Source: Thermoanaerobaculia bacterium (GTDB taxonomy: Bacteria > Acidobacteriota > Thermoanaerobaculia > Multivoradales > Multivoraceae). Taken from it: a stretch of DNA of 64,000 bases. Position 1 is the stretch's first letter, and every line of letters begins with the position of its first letter. A program made the position numbers and the translations under genes. This document shows, in pieces, positions 29,601-39,693 of the stretch. The notes under the pieces are model-generated. The model was not told the DNA's origin. It did not search any database and worked only from the letters and a program-made list of their open reading frames with translations. The stretch lies in NCBI GenBank assembly GCA_965232105.1, contig OZ246956.1, positions 4,596,408-4,660,407 on the forward strand, in the 5' to 3' direction.

Positions 29601-29771
29601 GTGGTCCTCGTCGTCGTGTTCTTCGTCTTCCTGGGGCAAGGCCGGGTCAACCGGGGTAGCCGGGGAAGTCTCCGAGGGAGAACCGCCGGGGGCGTCGTCG
29701 GCGTCGACCGCGGCTGCCGGCGTCGCGACCAGTGCGACGATCGTCAGGATACGCAGAATCGCTGTGGGCAT
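26637..29771 (-). CDS. TonB-dependent receptor
   Basis: TonB box VVVVTGS, NLRGLG, RIEVLKEGAAAIYGSDAVAGV plug; C-terminal YRF; AGGAGG RBS. Confidence 0.95.
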   Translation of the reverse strand: MPTAILRILTIVALVATPAAAVDADDAPGGSPSETSPATPVDPALPQEDEEHDDEDHEGEEHEDEEGVLDFHAHDVVVVTGSAIEEPAVDLPFAVEVLNRETQKEQGSLQVVDLMKNLTASSGVIGEANSWYNDQGHALPENVANVNLRGLGASRSLVLLNGRRQAPVPARLFGGRFVDVSAFPSIALDRIEVLKEGAAAIYGSDAVAGVANFVTRDEFTGFEVALSHESFDGAGDSTAGAIWGGKLGGSEHHLVFSLERAERSHLEAAERPYTLMPRDDGWFWGWSNTGNPGIFLRPRLSGNETAADFVTELARARNGTAGTDYFVDPACNGLGGYDRGWTCAFRYQPWDSLIEATETNRFFAELNGPLADGTRYHVEALYAESIIPDYDTTPSFPPVSLLDGLYQVGSGHPGRSEFCGSSFSIGGFASEEACLEGDLYFWGRLVGNAGPGRALRRAMETTRIAANIDHDLSIGGKAANLDVGVNYSRTAGNMNDAAEYAYRKFLAFRGYGGPNCGVGVVADGTTPSGMRLGDTGSAQPGVGACMYFNPFGNGIEFSAQPGAPWEDSPNPMYRAGLENSAALLDWINDEVNVDNEAELVVADATLSGNWLPGKLDYAVGYQYRFLDVAAVPNDAGNYELNPCLVPGDRSCVDPVTGRQTGARAGAFTFTSGYYPYGDSQAVHRVFGELSVNALGGDMQFAANYELHDEIDSFDPKFSGRWQLSAGEDHVLSFRTSVQTTFRAPSVDDLNEEVRTTLEYLNTVGVYKAVDAFGSRSLLPEQAFTYNLGLVLFASPGIDVTLDYWSYDFDDVIAPMPQQDVVRLYAEGAAGSQAALNAVMGRVVCPGGLADGSCSPGDIERVRIDLINWPGIKTSGFDFHLHGHVDAGRGELTFGLDSTYTQSYELKKLERDGVVYREQKDVVGLLNRDTPIAPPLPEMKTRASLGYRWGDYSLIGWANHISSYEDSNVAWTPPELLPIDEWLTFDLTFLWRFPRHGFDLALSALNLTDEDPPLVFFEQSFDALTANPKGRRLKAVMSYRFGGGS

Positions 29772-30019
29772 GTCGTGTTCCTCCTGTTAGGACCCCGAGC
29801 ACCGAAGCTTCTCCGCGAACCAGATGAGAACGTCCGAAACCCGCCACGGTCCACGGCAAAGGGGCTTTGTTCTCTATAGGATACACAGCCGGCCCGCTTC
29901 CGCCACCCCCGCGGACGCTCCGGGCGGAGCGAGCCACCGCGGTTCGTGGCGGATTCCGGTCGTCCCTTCTTCGCGAAGCGCCGTCAACTAAGATCAACGG
30001 CGCAACAGGAGGTCAACAC

Positions 30020-30466
30020 ATGTCCAGACAAGTCCACCGAATCCTGCCCGCGGCCATTCTCGCACTGACCCTGAGCGCGGCCGGCCCCTCCCCCGCTCAC
30101 CACGCCTTCTCGGCCGAGTTCGACGCGAACCTGCCGATCAAGATCGAGGGCACGATCACCAAGGTCGAGTGGATCAACCCTCACGCCTGGGTCCACGTCG
30201 AGACGACCCTCGACAACGGCGAGACGATGACCTGGGAACTCGAGGCCGGCACCCCGAACACGCTGGTGCGCCGTGGCCTGACCCGCACCCTGCTGCGCCC
30301 CGGCACGGAAGTCGTCGTCCGCGGCTACCAGAGCAAGGACCGGATGTGTGTTCCGAACTGCCGCGGTAGCGGCCGCGACATGAAGCTCCCCGACGGCCGC
30401 AGCCTGTTCATGGGCTCATCCGGCACCGGCGCGCCGCGCGACGGCGCCGACCCGACCGAGCAGTAG
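30020..30466 (+). CDS. DUF6152-family secreted protein
   Basis: Signal then AHHAFSAEFD, EWINPHAWVH, W.LE.G.PN; AGGAGG RBS. Confidence 0.85.
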   Translation: MSRQVHRILPAAILALTLSAAGPSPAHHAFSAEFDANLPIKIEGTITKVEWINPHAWVHVETTLDNGETMTWELEAGTPNTLVRRGLTRTLLRPGTEVVVRGYQSKDRMCVPNCRGSGRDMKLPDGRSLFMGSSGTGAPRDGADPTEQ

Positions 30467-30529
30467 CCACGAAGGGGCGGCCAGCGCCACACCGGCGGCC
30501 ACCGGATGTGCTCGCCTGATGCCGACCGG

Positions 30530-30646
30530 CTACTGGTCGCCCGCCGGGTTCGACTCCGTCTCGTCGTCGATCAGACCGAACGCCGCGACGATCTCCAGGG
30601 CGATGAACGCCACCGCCAGGAGGATGAAGAAGTTGAAGTCACTCAT
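30530..30646 (-). CDS. 38-aa single-pass membrane protein (below ORF-track cutoff)
   Basis: MSDFNFFILLAVAFIALEIVAAFGLIDDETESNPAGDQ; GAGGGG RBS; strong GC3 bias. Confidence 0.6.
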   Translation of the reverse strand: MSDFNFFILLAVAFIALEIVAAFGLIDDETESNPAGDQ

Positions 30647-30715
30647 GTGCCGCCCTCTTGCCGCGCAATCGGCGAAGTTCCGCGCGCGGACGTTACCTCA
30701 CCGGATCGTCCCCGG

Positions 30716-31786
30716 CTACTGATCCTGCTCTTCCTTCGCGGCCTCCAGGGCCTCCCGCGCCGCGTCGACGCGGTTCTGGCCGCCGTACCAGCTCGCGAGC
30801 CAGTCCTTGCCGTCTTCGGCCTTGCCTTCCTGCTCGCGGTGGCGGGCGCCGCGCAGCATGAGGGTCATCGCGCGGTTGCCTTCGTGGCAGGCGTACTCGA
30901 GGACGGGGTCATCGCTGCGACGCATCTCCAGGGCGCTCGTCCAGGGCGCTTCGTACGACTCGGGATCGTTGACGGTGTACTCGTAGAGGAGGGCGTCGGG
31001 GCCGGTGCGGGTGAAGCGTTCAGTCAGGACCAGGTTCGGGCCGGTGCCGCGGAAGGCTGTGTGCTCCGTGTAGTTCTTCGTCGTCACGACGAAGGTGTCG
31101 CCGTCCCAGACGCCTGACGAGTCGCCCTTCCAGAAACGCATGCTCTCATCGGCGTGCTCGCGACCGTCGGTCGGGATCACCCGGTGGTCATTGATCATCT
31201 CGGTCATGATCGCGACGTAGCCCGGCGACTGGAAGATCTCCATCATGTTGTTGTAGGCGCCCGGGGTCATCGGCGGGCCGGCGTTGAAGCCGAGGATGCA
31301 GCGCTCGTAGGTGTTCCGCTCTTCCGGGCCGGCCGGCGGCTGACCCCAGAGGGCGTAGCGCTCGTTCGACCGGCGCTGCGCATCATCCGTCAGCGCGGGC
31401 ACACGGCCGTTCGGCGGATCGATGACCAGGGAAGTCCGCATCGTGCCGGAGACCTTGTCACCGAGATCGAGCCAGAAGGAGTTGTAGCCCACGTCGACGT
31501 CGCCCTGACTGGGATCGACATCCTGGACGCCGGAAGTCGCCCGCGCGGCGCGTTCCTCGCGGCGCCGCTCTTCCCACTCGGCCGCCTCTTCGGCGGTCAG
31601 GGTCGCCTTGTCGCCGAAGGCAGCCGGACGTTCGAGGGGCGTGATCGAGCGGAAGTCCCAGGTACCCTGCAGGTCGGGAACGCCCCAGGACGTCTTGAGT
31701 TCCGCGTCCTCGGCGGCTGCCAGGCCGGCAAAGGCGACGGCCGCAGCGACAAAACAGACGATGCTTGCAAGCGGTCGATTCCTCAT
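30716..31786 (-). CDS. Secreted uncharacterised protein, PDLxGxW...YACHEGN family
   Basis: PDLQGTW, RTSLVIDPPNGRVP, ERC, EYACHEGN. Confidence 0.8.
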   Translation of the reverse strand: MRNRPLASIVCFVAAAVAFAGLAAAEDAELKTSWGVPDLQGTWDFRSITPLERPAAFGDKATLTAEEAAEWEERRREERAARATSGVQDVDPSQGDVDVGYNSFWLDLGDKVSGTMRTSLVIDPPNGRVPALTDDAQRRSNERYALWGQPPAGPEERNTYERCILGFNAGPPMTPGAYNNMMEIFQSPGYVAIMTEMINDHRVIPTDGREHADESMRFWKGDSSGVWDGDTFVVTTKNYTEHTAFRGTGPNLVLTERFTRTGPDALLYEYTVNDPESYEAPWTSALEMRRSDDPVLEYACHEGNRAMTLMLRGARHREQEGKAEDGKDWLASWYGGQNRVDAAREALEAAKEEQDQ

Positions 31787-31828
31787 CTCTTCTGCTCCTT
31801 CCGATTCTTCAGACAGCGGCTGCCCGTC

Positions 31829-32644
31829 CTACTCCGGCGTCGCTCCACGACGCAGGTGACCGTAGGCGGCGTCCTCGCCGCCAAGGGGAATGCACTTGAA
31901 CTCGAGCAGCCGCGCGTTCTCTTCCAGGCGCCGGTAGAGCGGCATGCTGATCGTCCAGGGCTCGGTGAACACCTGGGGATCCGTGATCGTGGCCTCGTAG
32001 CGCATCGAGTTCGGGCCGGTCCGCGTTAAGCGTTCCTCCACCACGAGTTCTTCGCTGTGGAAGTTGCCCGAGGCGTCGAACCAGGTGTCCGCCACCTGGT
32101 CCGTCACCTCGACCACGAGGGTGTCGCCCTCGAAGCGGCCGAGCGAGTACCCCATCCACGACGGCAACTCGGCCCGCGTGCCTGGCCGGTCGAGCCGGAC
32201 CGCGCGGCTGTTGCCGCCCCACTCGTAGGCGAAGAAGACCGCCTTCGGCGTCTGCACGATCTGGAACGGCAGCGGCATGTAGGTAGCGCGCGGAATGCCG
32301 GGCATGAAGCACTTCGCAGCCGGGTCCAGGTTCAGCCAGTCCGCACGGTTCGCGTTGCGCTGCTCGAGCGCCCAGTCCTGATACGGAATGCTGCCGCCTT
32401 CGACCACGCTCAACCCACCCGGAATCGCTCCGAACGCGCCGTACTCCGGCACCGGAGTGCGCCGCGCATGGTGCGCTTCGAGATCCCAGTGCGCACTGTT
32501 CATCGTTTGCCAGATGCCGTTCAGGTCCGGATCGCCGTCGGGCGTCCGCGGCGCCTCGTAGGCGCCGTCTTGCGCCTGCGTCGCGGCAGACATGACCAGA
32601 AGCAGCATCGCCGGCAGCGACACGGCCAGACTGTGCTTTTGCAT
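31829..32644 (-). CDS. Secreted uncharacterised protein, related PDLxGxW subfamily
   Basis: PRTPDGDPDLNGIW, KCFMPGIPR, EGDTLVV, EFKC. Confidence 0.8.
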   Translation of the reverse strand: MQKHSLAVSLPAMLLLVMSAATQAQDGAYEAPRTPDGDPDLNGIWQTMNSAHWDLEAHHARRTPVPEYGAFGAIPGGLSVVEGGSIPYQDWALEQRNANRADWLNLDPAAKCFMPGIPRATYMPLPFQIVQTPKAVFFAYEWGGNSRAVRLDRPGTRAELPSWMGYSLGRFEGDTLVVEVTDQVADTWFDASGNFHSEELVVEERLTRTGPNSMRYEATITDPQVFTEPWTISMPLYRRLEENARLLEFKCIPLGGEDAAYGHLRRGATPE

Positions 32645-32671
32645 GATGGTGGACTATAACGAAGGCCGCGT

Positions 32672-34867
32672 TTACGGGAGGCGGAACACGAACAGACCGT
32701 TGCCGCTGCGGGGATAGCGAATCTCCGGACTGACCCGGGCCGGTACGAAGCGCGGACTGCCGCCGCCGAGGCCGGTGGAAACCGCCACGTACTGGACCTC
32801 GTCGACCGCGTAGCTGATCGGGAAGCCCTGCACCGAGGTCGGCAGACGGGTTCCCCAGAGCTCCCGACCGGTTGCGGTGTCCCAGGCGCGGAACCGGCGG
32901 TCGATGTCGCCGGCAAAGACGATGCCTCCCCCGGTCGTCAGCGCCGCGGTCAGGAAGGCGGGCCGCTGCTCGACGCTCCAGACTTCCTCCATCGTGTCCA
33001 CGTCGTAGGCCGCCAGCTTGCCGAGACGGCCCTCCGTTCCCGGCATCTCGAACCACTTGCGGTCTGCTCCCTCGCCGCCCGATCCCTCCTCGAACCGGAT
33101 CTCGCGGCCCGAGATCTCGAGACAGCTCTGGCTCAGCGGCACGACCAGCAGCCCGTGCGCCGGGCTGTAGGACGATGCCTGCCAGTTGTGGCCGCCCGCC
33201 GTGCTGGGACACACCGACACCCACTCGCCGACCTCGGCCGAGGCGATGTCCTCCCGGTAGCGGACCTCGCCGGTTTCGCGGTCGATGTGGTCGAAGACGT
33301 TCTGGAACACCATCTCCCTGAGCGCGACGAAGGCGCCGTCGGACCGGTCGAGCTTCCAGAGGATCCCGTGCTTGCCGGAGGTGAGCAGGAGCCTCTGCCC
33401 GCCGCGGTCGATCAGGACCTGCTCGAACGCTTCGTCGAAGTCGAGCGCCTCGCCCGGCACGTGCTGGCGGTAGAAGGCGATCTCCCCGTCGCCGGGACGC
33501 AGCGCCAGGGTCGAGTTCGTGTACAGCACCTCGTGGTCGATCGTCAGGCCCCGGCTCGCCGGCACCCACGGCTTCGCCTGGGCCACCGGCCAGTAGAGCA
33601 GTTCGAGCGCCGGATCGTAGCTGCCCGGAATCCACGAATCGCCGCCGCCTCGCAACATGAGCGGCAGATCACCCCAGGTCTCGCCTCCCGGCTCCCCGGG
33701 CCGGGCGATCGTGTACGTGCGCCATCGTTCCTCACCGGTTTCCGCATCGTGGGCGGTGATGAAGCAACTGTCCTCGAAGTAGCGGATGCAGCCGTTGATC
33801 CCGTTGATCACGAGTCCGTTTCTTGCGCCGGTTCCTTGCCCCCCCGCGCCGCGATCGCCCTCGGCGTGGATGTCCGGTACGACGATCGGTCCGCTCGTGT
33901 TCCGGTAACCCTTTGCCGGATCGGCGATCCGGGTCTCCCACACCGGCCGTCCGCTCCGGGCGTCGAGCGCGAGCATCGCCGCGTCCTTGGTGGCGACGAA
34001 GACCTTGTCGCCCCAGATCGCGAGGTTGCGGAGCTGGTTGAACCCGCGCGCCGCATCGCCCTCCAGGCCGCGCCGGTACTCCCAGATCAGCGTACCGGTG
34101 TCGGCCTCCAGCGCCTGGATGATGTTGCGCGGGTTGGCGAGATACATCACTCCGCGGTAGACCAGCGGCGTCGGCTGGTTCACGCCGTCCGCCATCGCCC
34201 AGGACCAGGCCAGCCGCAGCTCGCCGACGTTGCCCGCGTCGACCTGATCGAGCGGGCTGTGGCCCTGGCCGTCGTAGGTGCGCCGGAACATCAGCCAGTC
34301 GCCGGGGGCGGGATCGAGCAGTATCTCGGCGGTGACCGGCTCGAAGTCCTCGATCTCGCGTTCGCCGGGAGGCCTGACGACCTCCTCCGCTGTCGCCGCG
34401 ACCGGGCCGCGGCGGTCCGCGACGGCGGCCGGGGCCGTGGAACCAGCCGACGCCGGCCCGCCATCCAGGCCCAGGGTGCCCAACACCGCACTCAAGCCCG
34501 GTGCATCGGCCACCAAGGCTTCCTCACCGGCCACGGCGCCGTTCGCCTGCAGCACGAAGGCGGCGAGATCGTACGCCTGTTGGGGACTCAGAGAGTTCCG
34601 GTCCTCCGGCGGCATCGTGACCCGCATCGTGTCTGCGAGGTCGACGACGGCGCCGGTTCCCCAGGCGCCCAAAAAGTCCGCGCCACGCAGTGGCGGCGCC
34701 TCGTTCGCACCCCCGATCAGGCTCGACAGGTGGCAATCGACGCAAACCTCTTCGTAGAGTGCCCGCCCGCGCTCCGCCTGCTCGGTGGTGTAGATGCGCA
34801 CCGGCGCCGCCGGCGGTTGCGCCGCCGCGCCTGCTGCGACCGCCGCGAGCAGGGTCGCCCACGCCAT
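32672..34867 (-). CDS. Cytochrome c-fused PQQ-dependent dehydrogenase
   Basis: N-terminal CVDCH heme motif; [27 protein letters not shown]; start 34867 or 34891. Confidence 0.88.
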   Translation of the reverse strand: MAWATLLAAVAAGAAAQPPAAPVRIYTTEQAERGRALYEEVCVDCHLSSLIGGANEAPPLRGADFLGAWGTGAVVDLADTMRVTMPPEDRNSLSPQQAYDLAAFVLQANGAVAGEEALVADAPGLSAVLGTLGLDGGPASAGSTAPAAVADRRGPVAATAEEVVRPPGEREIEDFEPVTAEILLDPAPGDWLMFRRTYDGQGHSPLDQVDAGNVGELRLAWSWAMADGVNQPTPLVYRGVMYLANPRNIIQALEADTGTLIWEYRRGLEGDAARGFNQLRNLAIWGDKVFVATKDAAMLALDARSGRPVWETRIADPAKGYRNTSGPIVVPDIHAEGDRGAGGQGTGARNGLVINGINGCIRYFEDSCFITAHDAETGEERWRTYTIARPGEPGGETWGDLPLMLRGGGDSWIPGSYDPALELLYWPVAQAKPWVPASRGLTIDHEVLYTNSTLALRPGDGEIAFYRQHVPGEALDFDEAFEQVLIDRGGQRLLLTSGKHGILWKLDRSDGAFVALREMVFQNVFDHIDRETGEVRYREDIASAEVGEWVSVCPSTAGGHNWQASSYSPAHGLLVVPLSQSCLEISGREIRFEEGSGGEGADRKWFEMPGTEGRLGKLAAYDVDTMEEVWSVEQRPAFLTAALTTGGGIVFAGDIDRRFRAWDTATGRELWGTRLPTSVQGFPISYAVDEVQYVAVSTGLGGGSPRFVPARVSPEIRYPRSGNGLFVFRLP

Positions 34868-34889
34868 CGACCCGCATACACTCCGCGCC

Positions 34890-35897
34890 ATGGCACGCAT
34901 ACTAGTTGTCGGCGGGACGGGGCCGACCGGACCTCTGATCGTCAACAGTTTCCTCGCCGCCGGCTTCGAAGTATCGATCTTCCACTCCGGACGCCACCCC
35001 GTGGACTTCGACGGTCCCGTGGAGCGCATCGTCGGCAACGCCCGCGACCGGGACGACATCCGCTCGAAGATCGCCTCCCGCGAGTGGGATCTCGCGGTGT
35101 GCATGTACGGCCGGTTGCGGACGCTGGCCGAAGAACTCGCGGGCAAGACGACGCGCCTCGTTGGCATCACGGGCCAGCCCGTCTACAAGGGCTCGCAGCC
35201 GCCGACGCCCGAGGGACGTATCCCGCTGCCGGTGCCGGAGTTCGCCCCGCGCCAGTACGACGCGAAGAACTACACCGGCAAGGTCGCGGCCGGCGAAGAT
35301 CAGCTCTTCGAGCAGCACGGTCGCGGCGACTTCGAGGTCGTCATCCTGCGGTACCCCGGGGTCTACGGCCCGCGGACGCCAATGAACCACGAGTGGGCGG
35401 TGGTCAAGCGCATCCTCGACCGGCGGCCCTTCATGATCCTCCCCCACGACGGGGTCACCTACTTCCAGCGCGGCTACGCCGAGAACCTGGCCCGGCTCGT
35501 GTTCCTGGCCTCCACCCGGCCCGAGGCGGCGGGTCAGGCCTTCAACGCCGGCGACGAACGGGTCATCAGTTGCCGGGCCGTGGCGGAGGTCATCGTCGAC
35601 GAACTCGACGCCGACATGGAGTTGATCGGCGTGCCGGCCCCGTTCTGCCGCGGCGTCTTTCCGCTGGCCGAGAAGTCGAACCAGATCCTCGATATGTCGA
35701 AGGCCCGGACGCTGCTCGGCTACCGCGACACGGTGGACCCGGAAACCGCGACCCGCGCCACCGCCCGCCACCTTGCCGCCGACCCGCCCGACGAGAAGGA
35801 TCTCTACGCCGCTGGCACGGGCCGCTTCGACTACGAGAACGAGGACCGGATCGTCGAGCGCTGGCGGCGGGCCGTTTCCGTGATGGCCGCTGACTGA
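34890..35897 (+). CDS. NAD-dependent epimerase/dehydratase family protein
   Basis: [11 protein letters not shown] Rossmann motif, YxxK-like [13 protein letters not shown]. Confidence 0.85.
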   Translation: MARILVVGGTGPTGPLIVNSFLAAGFEVSIFHSGRHPVDFDGPVERIVGNARDRDDIRSKIASREWDLAVCMYGRLRTLAEELAGKTTRLVGITGQPVYKGSQPPTPEGRIPLPVPEFAPRQYDAKNYTGKVAAGEDQLFEQHGRGDFEVVILRYPGVYGPRTPMNHEWAVVKRILDRRPFMILPHDGVTYFQRGYAENLARLVFLASTRPEAAGQAFNAGDERVISCRAVAEVIVDELDADMELIGVPAPFCRGVFPLAEKSNQILDMSKARTLLGYRDTVDPETATRATARHLAADPPDEKDLYAAGTGRFDYENEDRIVERWRRAVSVMAAD

Positions 35898-35949
35898 GGG
35901 GTTGGCTGTTACCCTTCTTTCACCGAACGCTGAAACGGAGGAGTCGTCG

Positions 35950-36942
35950 ATGATCAGACGAACGATGATCGCTCTTGCCCTGGCTGCCGCCCTCGTCGCG
36001 GCGCCCGTCCTCGCGGCGGACGACTGGGAGATGCCACGCACTCCCTGGGGCCACCCGGACCTGCAGGGGTTGTGGACGAACACCACCCTGACGCCCTTCG
36101 AACGACCGGTCGAGATGGGGGACAAAGAGTTCCTGACCGAGGAAGAGGTCGCCCAGGCGGAGGCGGCGCGGCAGGCCATGATCGAGAACCGCGCCGAGCA
36201 GCCGGCACAGAAGGCGGAGGCCGGCCAGAACGTCGGCGCCTACAACCTGCACTGGCTGGAGCTGGGCACGAAGATCGTCGGCAGCCGGCGAACCTCCCTG
36301 GTCGTCGATCCCCCGAACGGTCGCGTGCCGGTGCGCCCGGTTGCCCAACAGGTCCGCACCGACAACCTGGTCAAGATGTTCGACTCCTACGAGTACATGA
36401 GCGTATGGGACCGTTGCATCACCCGCGGCGTTCCCGGGCACCTGTTCCCGGCCGGCTACAACAACAACTACCGGATCGCGCAGACGCCCGAGTACGTCGT
36501 CATCTACTCCGAGATGATCAATGACGTCCGCCTCATCCCGGTCGACGGCCGGGAACGGCTCCCCGAGGACCTCCACCTCTGGAACGGCGATTCCCGCGGC
36601 CACTGGGACGGCGACACGCTGGTCGTCGAAACGAAGAACTTCTCGGACAAGGGCTGGATCGCGACCAGCGGCTCCCAGGGCCGGATCAAGGGGATTCCGG
36701 TCAGCACGGAGCTGGTCACGGTCGAACGCTTCACCCGGATCGACGAGGATACGGTGGACTGGACGGTCACGATCGACGATCCGGTCAACTACACGGACAC
36801 CTGGACGGTGAACATCCCGCTCTACTTCGATCCGGACAACGAGATGTTCGAGTACGCCTGCCACGAAGGGAACTGGGCGGTCACGAACACGCTGAGCGGC
36901 GCTCGCCACCTGGAGAAGACGGGCGGGAACAGCAGCCCGTGA
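35950..36942 (+). CDS. Secreted uncharacterised protein, PDLxGxW...YACHEGN family
   Basis: PDLQGLW, RTSLVVDPPNGRVP, DRCITRG, EYACHEGN; GGAGGAG RBS. Confidence 0.82.
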   Translation: MIRRTMIALALAAALVAAPVLAADDWEMPRTPWGHPDLQGLWTNTTLTPFERPVEMGDKEFLTEEEVAQAEAARQAMIENRAEQPAQKAEAGQNVGAYNLHWLELGTKIVGSRRTSLVVDPPNGRVPVRPVAQQVRTDNLVKMFDSYEYMSVWDRCITRGVPGHLFPAGYNNNYRIAQTPEYVVIYSEMINDVRLIPVDGRERLPEDLHLWNGDSRGHWDGDTLVVETKNFSDKGWIATSGSQGRIKGIPVSTELVTVERFTRIDEDTVDWTVTIDDPVNYTDTWTVNIPLYFDPDNEMFEYACHEGNWAVTNTLSGARHLEKTGGNSSP

Positions 36943-36995
36943 GTCCGTTGCGCGCACCGATCACGCCGGGCTGGACGACCACCTGACCGCTCCCG

Positions 36996-39602
36996 GTGCG
37001 ACACGGTCTCGCCCGATCGGCGCCACTCCGTCGCCGCCTGCTCCAGGGCTGGCAGCGACTGCGAACCGCGGCGCCTCCCCCTCTGCCCGAAACCACCCGG
37101 GAACAACAGTACGTCTTCCTGCGCTTCGCAGGTTTGTGGTGCCTTGCCGTAGCCCAGCCGATCTTCGACCTGGTGGGGCGCAGCCCCGAGTTCTTCATCG
37201 CCCACGACACGCAACCGGGCCAGCTTCTGGTCCTTGTCGCCCTGATCAGCCTCGGCGGTCCCGGCGCCTGCCTGCTGATTGTCCGTGCCGTCGGCGTCGC
37301 CGGGCCGCCCTGGCGCCGACGTGCCGAAGCCGCCCTCTACGCGGGCCTCGCCGGCCTCATCGTGCTGATCATCCTCAACCAATGGTCCAGCGTTCCGGCG
37401 CGCCCGTCGGTGGCTCTGGCGGCGCTGGTCGGCGCGGCCGCCGCCGCTGCGATTCGCCGGCTCGCGCCGGCACGGACATTCGCCACCTTCCTGGCCTCCG
37501 CCGTGCTTGTGGCGCCAACGGTCCTCCTGCTCAAGCCGGGCGTCAAACGGATCCTGGCGCCACCAAGAGAAGTTCAGCCGATCGAAGGCGTGCAACTCGC
37601 CGCCACGCCGCCCGTCGTCGTCGTGGTCTTCGATCAGTTTCAACTGGGCGCTCTGCTCGATCGACAGGCCCACATCGACCGCGCGGCCTTCCCCAACTTC
37701 GCGGCGCTGGCCGACAACGCCATCTGGTTCCGAAACGCGACCGCGGTGGCGGAGTACACAACCTACGCGCTGCCTGCCGTGCTGACGGGAATGCGCCCGT
37801 CGCAAGGTCTGTCGCCAACGGCGGCCGACCACCCGGCGAGTCTGTTCACGTTGCTCGGCGGGCACTACCGACTGCACATCCAGGAACCGTTGACCCAACT
37901 CTGTCCGGAGACGCTCTGCCCGCGCGAGGCGGCCGGCTTCGTCGCTTCGCTCGCGGCCATCCTGCAGGATCTGACGATCGCCTATCTGACCGTCGCCCTT
38001 CCGGAGGAGTTGGCGTCGCCGCTGCCCCCGGTGAACCAGTCCTGGAAGGACTTCGCCGCCAGCGGACCGGACGACCTTGTCGGCGCCCGCTGGGCGCAGG
38101 AGCGCTCCGGCGACCGGAGAAAGACCTTCGACGAGTTCATCTCCGCCATCGACCAGGCCGCGAGGCCCACGCTGCACTTCGCCCACGTTCTGCTGCCTCA
38201 CGAGCCGTTCATCTACCTGCCGACGGGCCAGCAATTCACCTTTCACCGTCGGACCAGCGGCCTGCGCAACGACATGTGGAACGCGGACCGATGGGCGGCG
38301 GCGCTCAACCACCATCGCTACCTCCTGCAGGTCGGATTCGTCGACGAGGTCCTTGGCAGGCTGGTCGCGCGCCTGCGAGAAGTGGGCATCTACGACGATG
38401 CCCTGATCGTCGTCACCGCGGACCACGGCTGCAGCCTCCGTCCCGGCCATTCGTTTCGGGCGCCGTCGCGCTCGACATTCGCGGACGTCGCAGCGGTGCC
38501 GCTGTTCCTCAAGATGCCGGCCCAGGTTCACGGTTCGGTCGTCGACGCCAACGTCGAGGTGATCGACATCGTCCCGACGCTGGCCGCCGCTCTCGGCATC
38601 GATCTGCCGTGGCCGGCCGACGGATCGAACGTCCTCGAACCGGGGCATGAACCGCGCCCCTCCAAGGTGCTGTTCCACGCCAACGCAAGTCGCCGGATGG
38701 AGGTTCCGGGCGATCAGCTCACCGCCCTTCGGGAGAGCGCGTCTTCCAAATTCGAGTGGCTGGACGACCGCGATCTGATGGCGGCGCCAACGCCGGAGCG
38801 ACGCTACGACGACCTGATCGGCAAGGCGGTCGATCCGATGCGGGCGGAGTCCGCCGCCGACCTGGAAGTCACCATGGACCCGCAACCGATGTTTCAGGAT
38901 CTCGATTTGAGCGACGACTTCCTGCCGGCCCACATCACCGGCGCCGTGGCGGCCCCCGGTGGCGCGCAGCCGACGCCGGCGCTGGCCATCGCGTTGAACG
39001 GCCGGGTGGCGGCGGTCACGCGCCCCTACCCCTTTCGGGTAGGCGGTCGAAACGGAATGTGGGAGGCGATCATCCCTTCTCGACGCCTCGTCGCCGGCGC
39101 GACCTCACTGGAGGTCCTGGAGGTGCGGGAGCACGCCGGAGGCAGCGGCTTCACTCTTGCCGCCACCGCCGCCGGCCAGGATACCGATCGTCCACTGAAC
39201 CTGATTCGACAAACGGAACTTGAGTTCCTGCACGGCTCGGCGACGGGCTTTCACGGCGAGGAGTGGGTCGGCGCGGCGCCGCTGCGCTGGACGGATGGGA
39301 ATGCGCGTCTGAACGTTCCGTTCGACCCGAGGAAGCCGCCGGCCGTTCTCGAAGTCGACGTGGCGCTGACCGGCAAGAGAAAGCGGCTCAGCATCACGGT
39401 CGACGACTGCAAGATCTTCGACCATGAGATCAATGAGCCGTGGAGTGCCGAGCTCAGCCTGGGGGACTGCCGTCTGAGTTCGCCTTCGCTGAGCGTGGCC
39501 CTGAGGAGCGATACCCACGTTCCGAACACGCACGACACCCGGGAGCTGGGGGTCGGAATCAGCCGCATCTCCCTGCTTGGCCCCGCCAGGAAGACACCAT
39601 GA
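36996..39602 (+). CDS. Membrane-anchored sulfatase-like / LTA-synthase-like (alkaline phosphatase superfamily) protein
   Basis: N-terminal TM helices; VVVVFDQ, YTTYALPAVLTG, LPHEP, VTADHG. Confidence 0.78.
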   Translation: MRHGLARSAPLRRRLLQGWQRLRTAAPPPLPETTREQQYVFLRFAGLWCLAVAQPIFDLVGRSPEFFIAHDTQPGQLLVLVALISLGGPGACLLIVRAVGVAGPPWRRRAEAALYAGLAGLIVLIILNQWSSVPARPSVALAALVGAAAAAAIRRLAPARTFATFLASAVLVAPTVLLLKPGVKRILAPPREVQPIEGVQLAATPPVVVVVFDQFQLGALLDRQAHIDRAAFPNFAALADNAIWFRNATAVAEYTTYALPAVLTGMRPSQGLSPTAADHPASLFTLLGGHYRLHIQEPLTQLCPETLCPREAAGFVASLAAILQDLTIAYLTVALPEELASPLPPVNQSWKDFAASGPDDLVGARWAQERSGDRRKTFDEFISAIDQAARPTLHFAHVLLPHEPFIYLPTGQQFTFHRRTSGLRNDMWNADRWAAALNHHRYLLQVGFVDEVLGRLVARLREVGIYDDALIVVTADHGCSLRPGHSFRAPSRSTFADVAAVPLFLKMPAQVHGSVVDANVEVIDIVPTLAAALGIDLPWPADGSNVLEPGHEPRPSKVLFHANASRRMEVPGDQLTALRESASSKFEWLDDRDLMAAPTPERRYDDLIGKAVDPMRAESAADLEVTMDPQPMFQDLDLSDDFLPAHITGAVAAPGGAQPTPALAIALNGRVAAVTRPYPFRVGGRNGMWEAIIPSRRLVAGATSLEVLEVREHAGGSGFTLAATAAGQDTDRPLNLIRQTELEFLHGSATGFHGEEWVGAAPLRWTDGNARLNVPFDPRKPPAVLEVDVALTGKRKRLSITVDDCKIFDHEINEPWSAELSLGDCRLSSPSLSVALRSDTHVPNTHDTRELGVGISRISLLGPARKTP

Positions 39603-39693
39603 TCAGATGGAGTACGCTCGCTTTCGTCGCAGCGACGGCGCATTCGCCGCCTGGAAGACCGTGGCGGAGAACACCTGTGGAGAGTCGGACCGA

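Noticed and set aside
26460-29879. Long antisense ORFs (also 33155-35893, 45347-47986, 22362-24758, 60082-62460)
   Set aside because: Shadow frames opposite well-supported genes, expected in high-GC DNA; no motifs
29772-29960. Possible riboswitch upstream of the TonB-dependent receptor
   Set aside because: Hairpins exist (e.g. 29899-29953) but no cobalamin, TPP, Moco or other consensus recognised
33420-33460. DxD (LDFDE) as a lanthanide-binding signature in the PQQ dehydrogenase
   Set aside because: DxD also occurs in non-lanthanide PQQ families; not diagnostic without alignment
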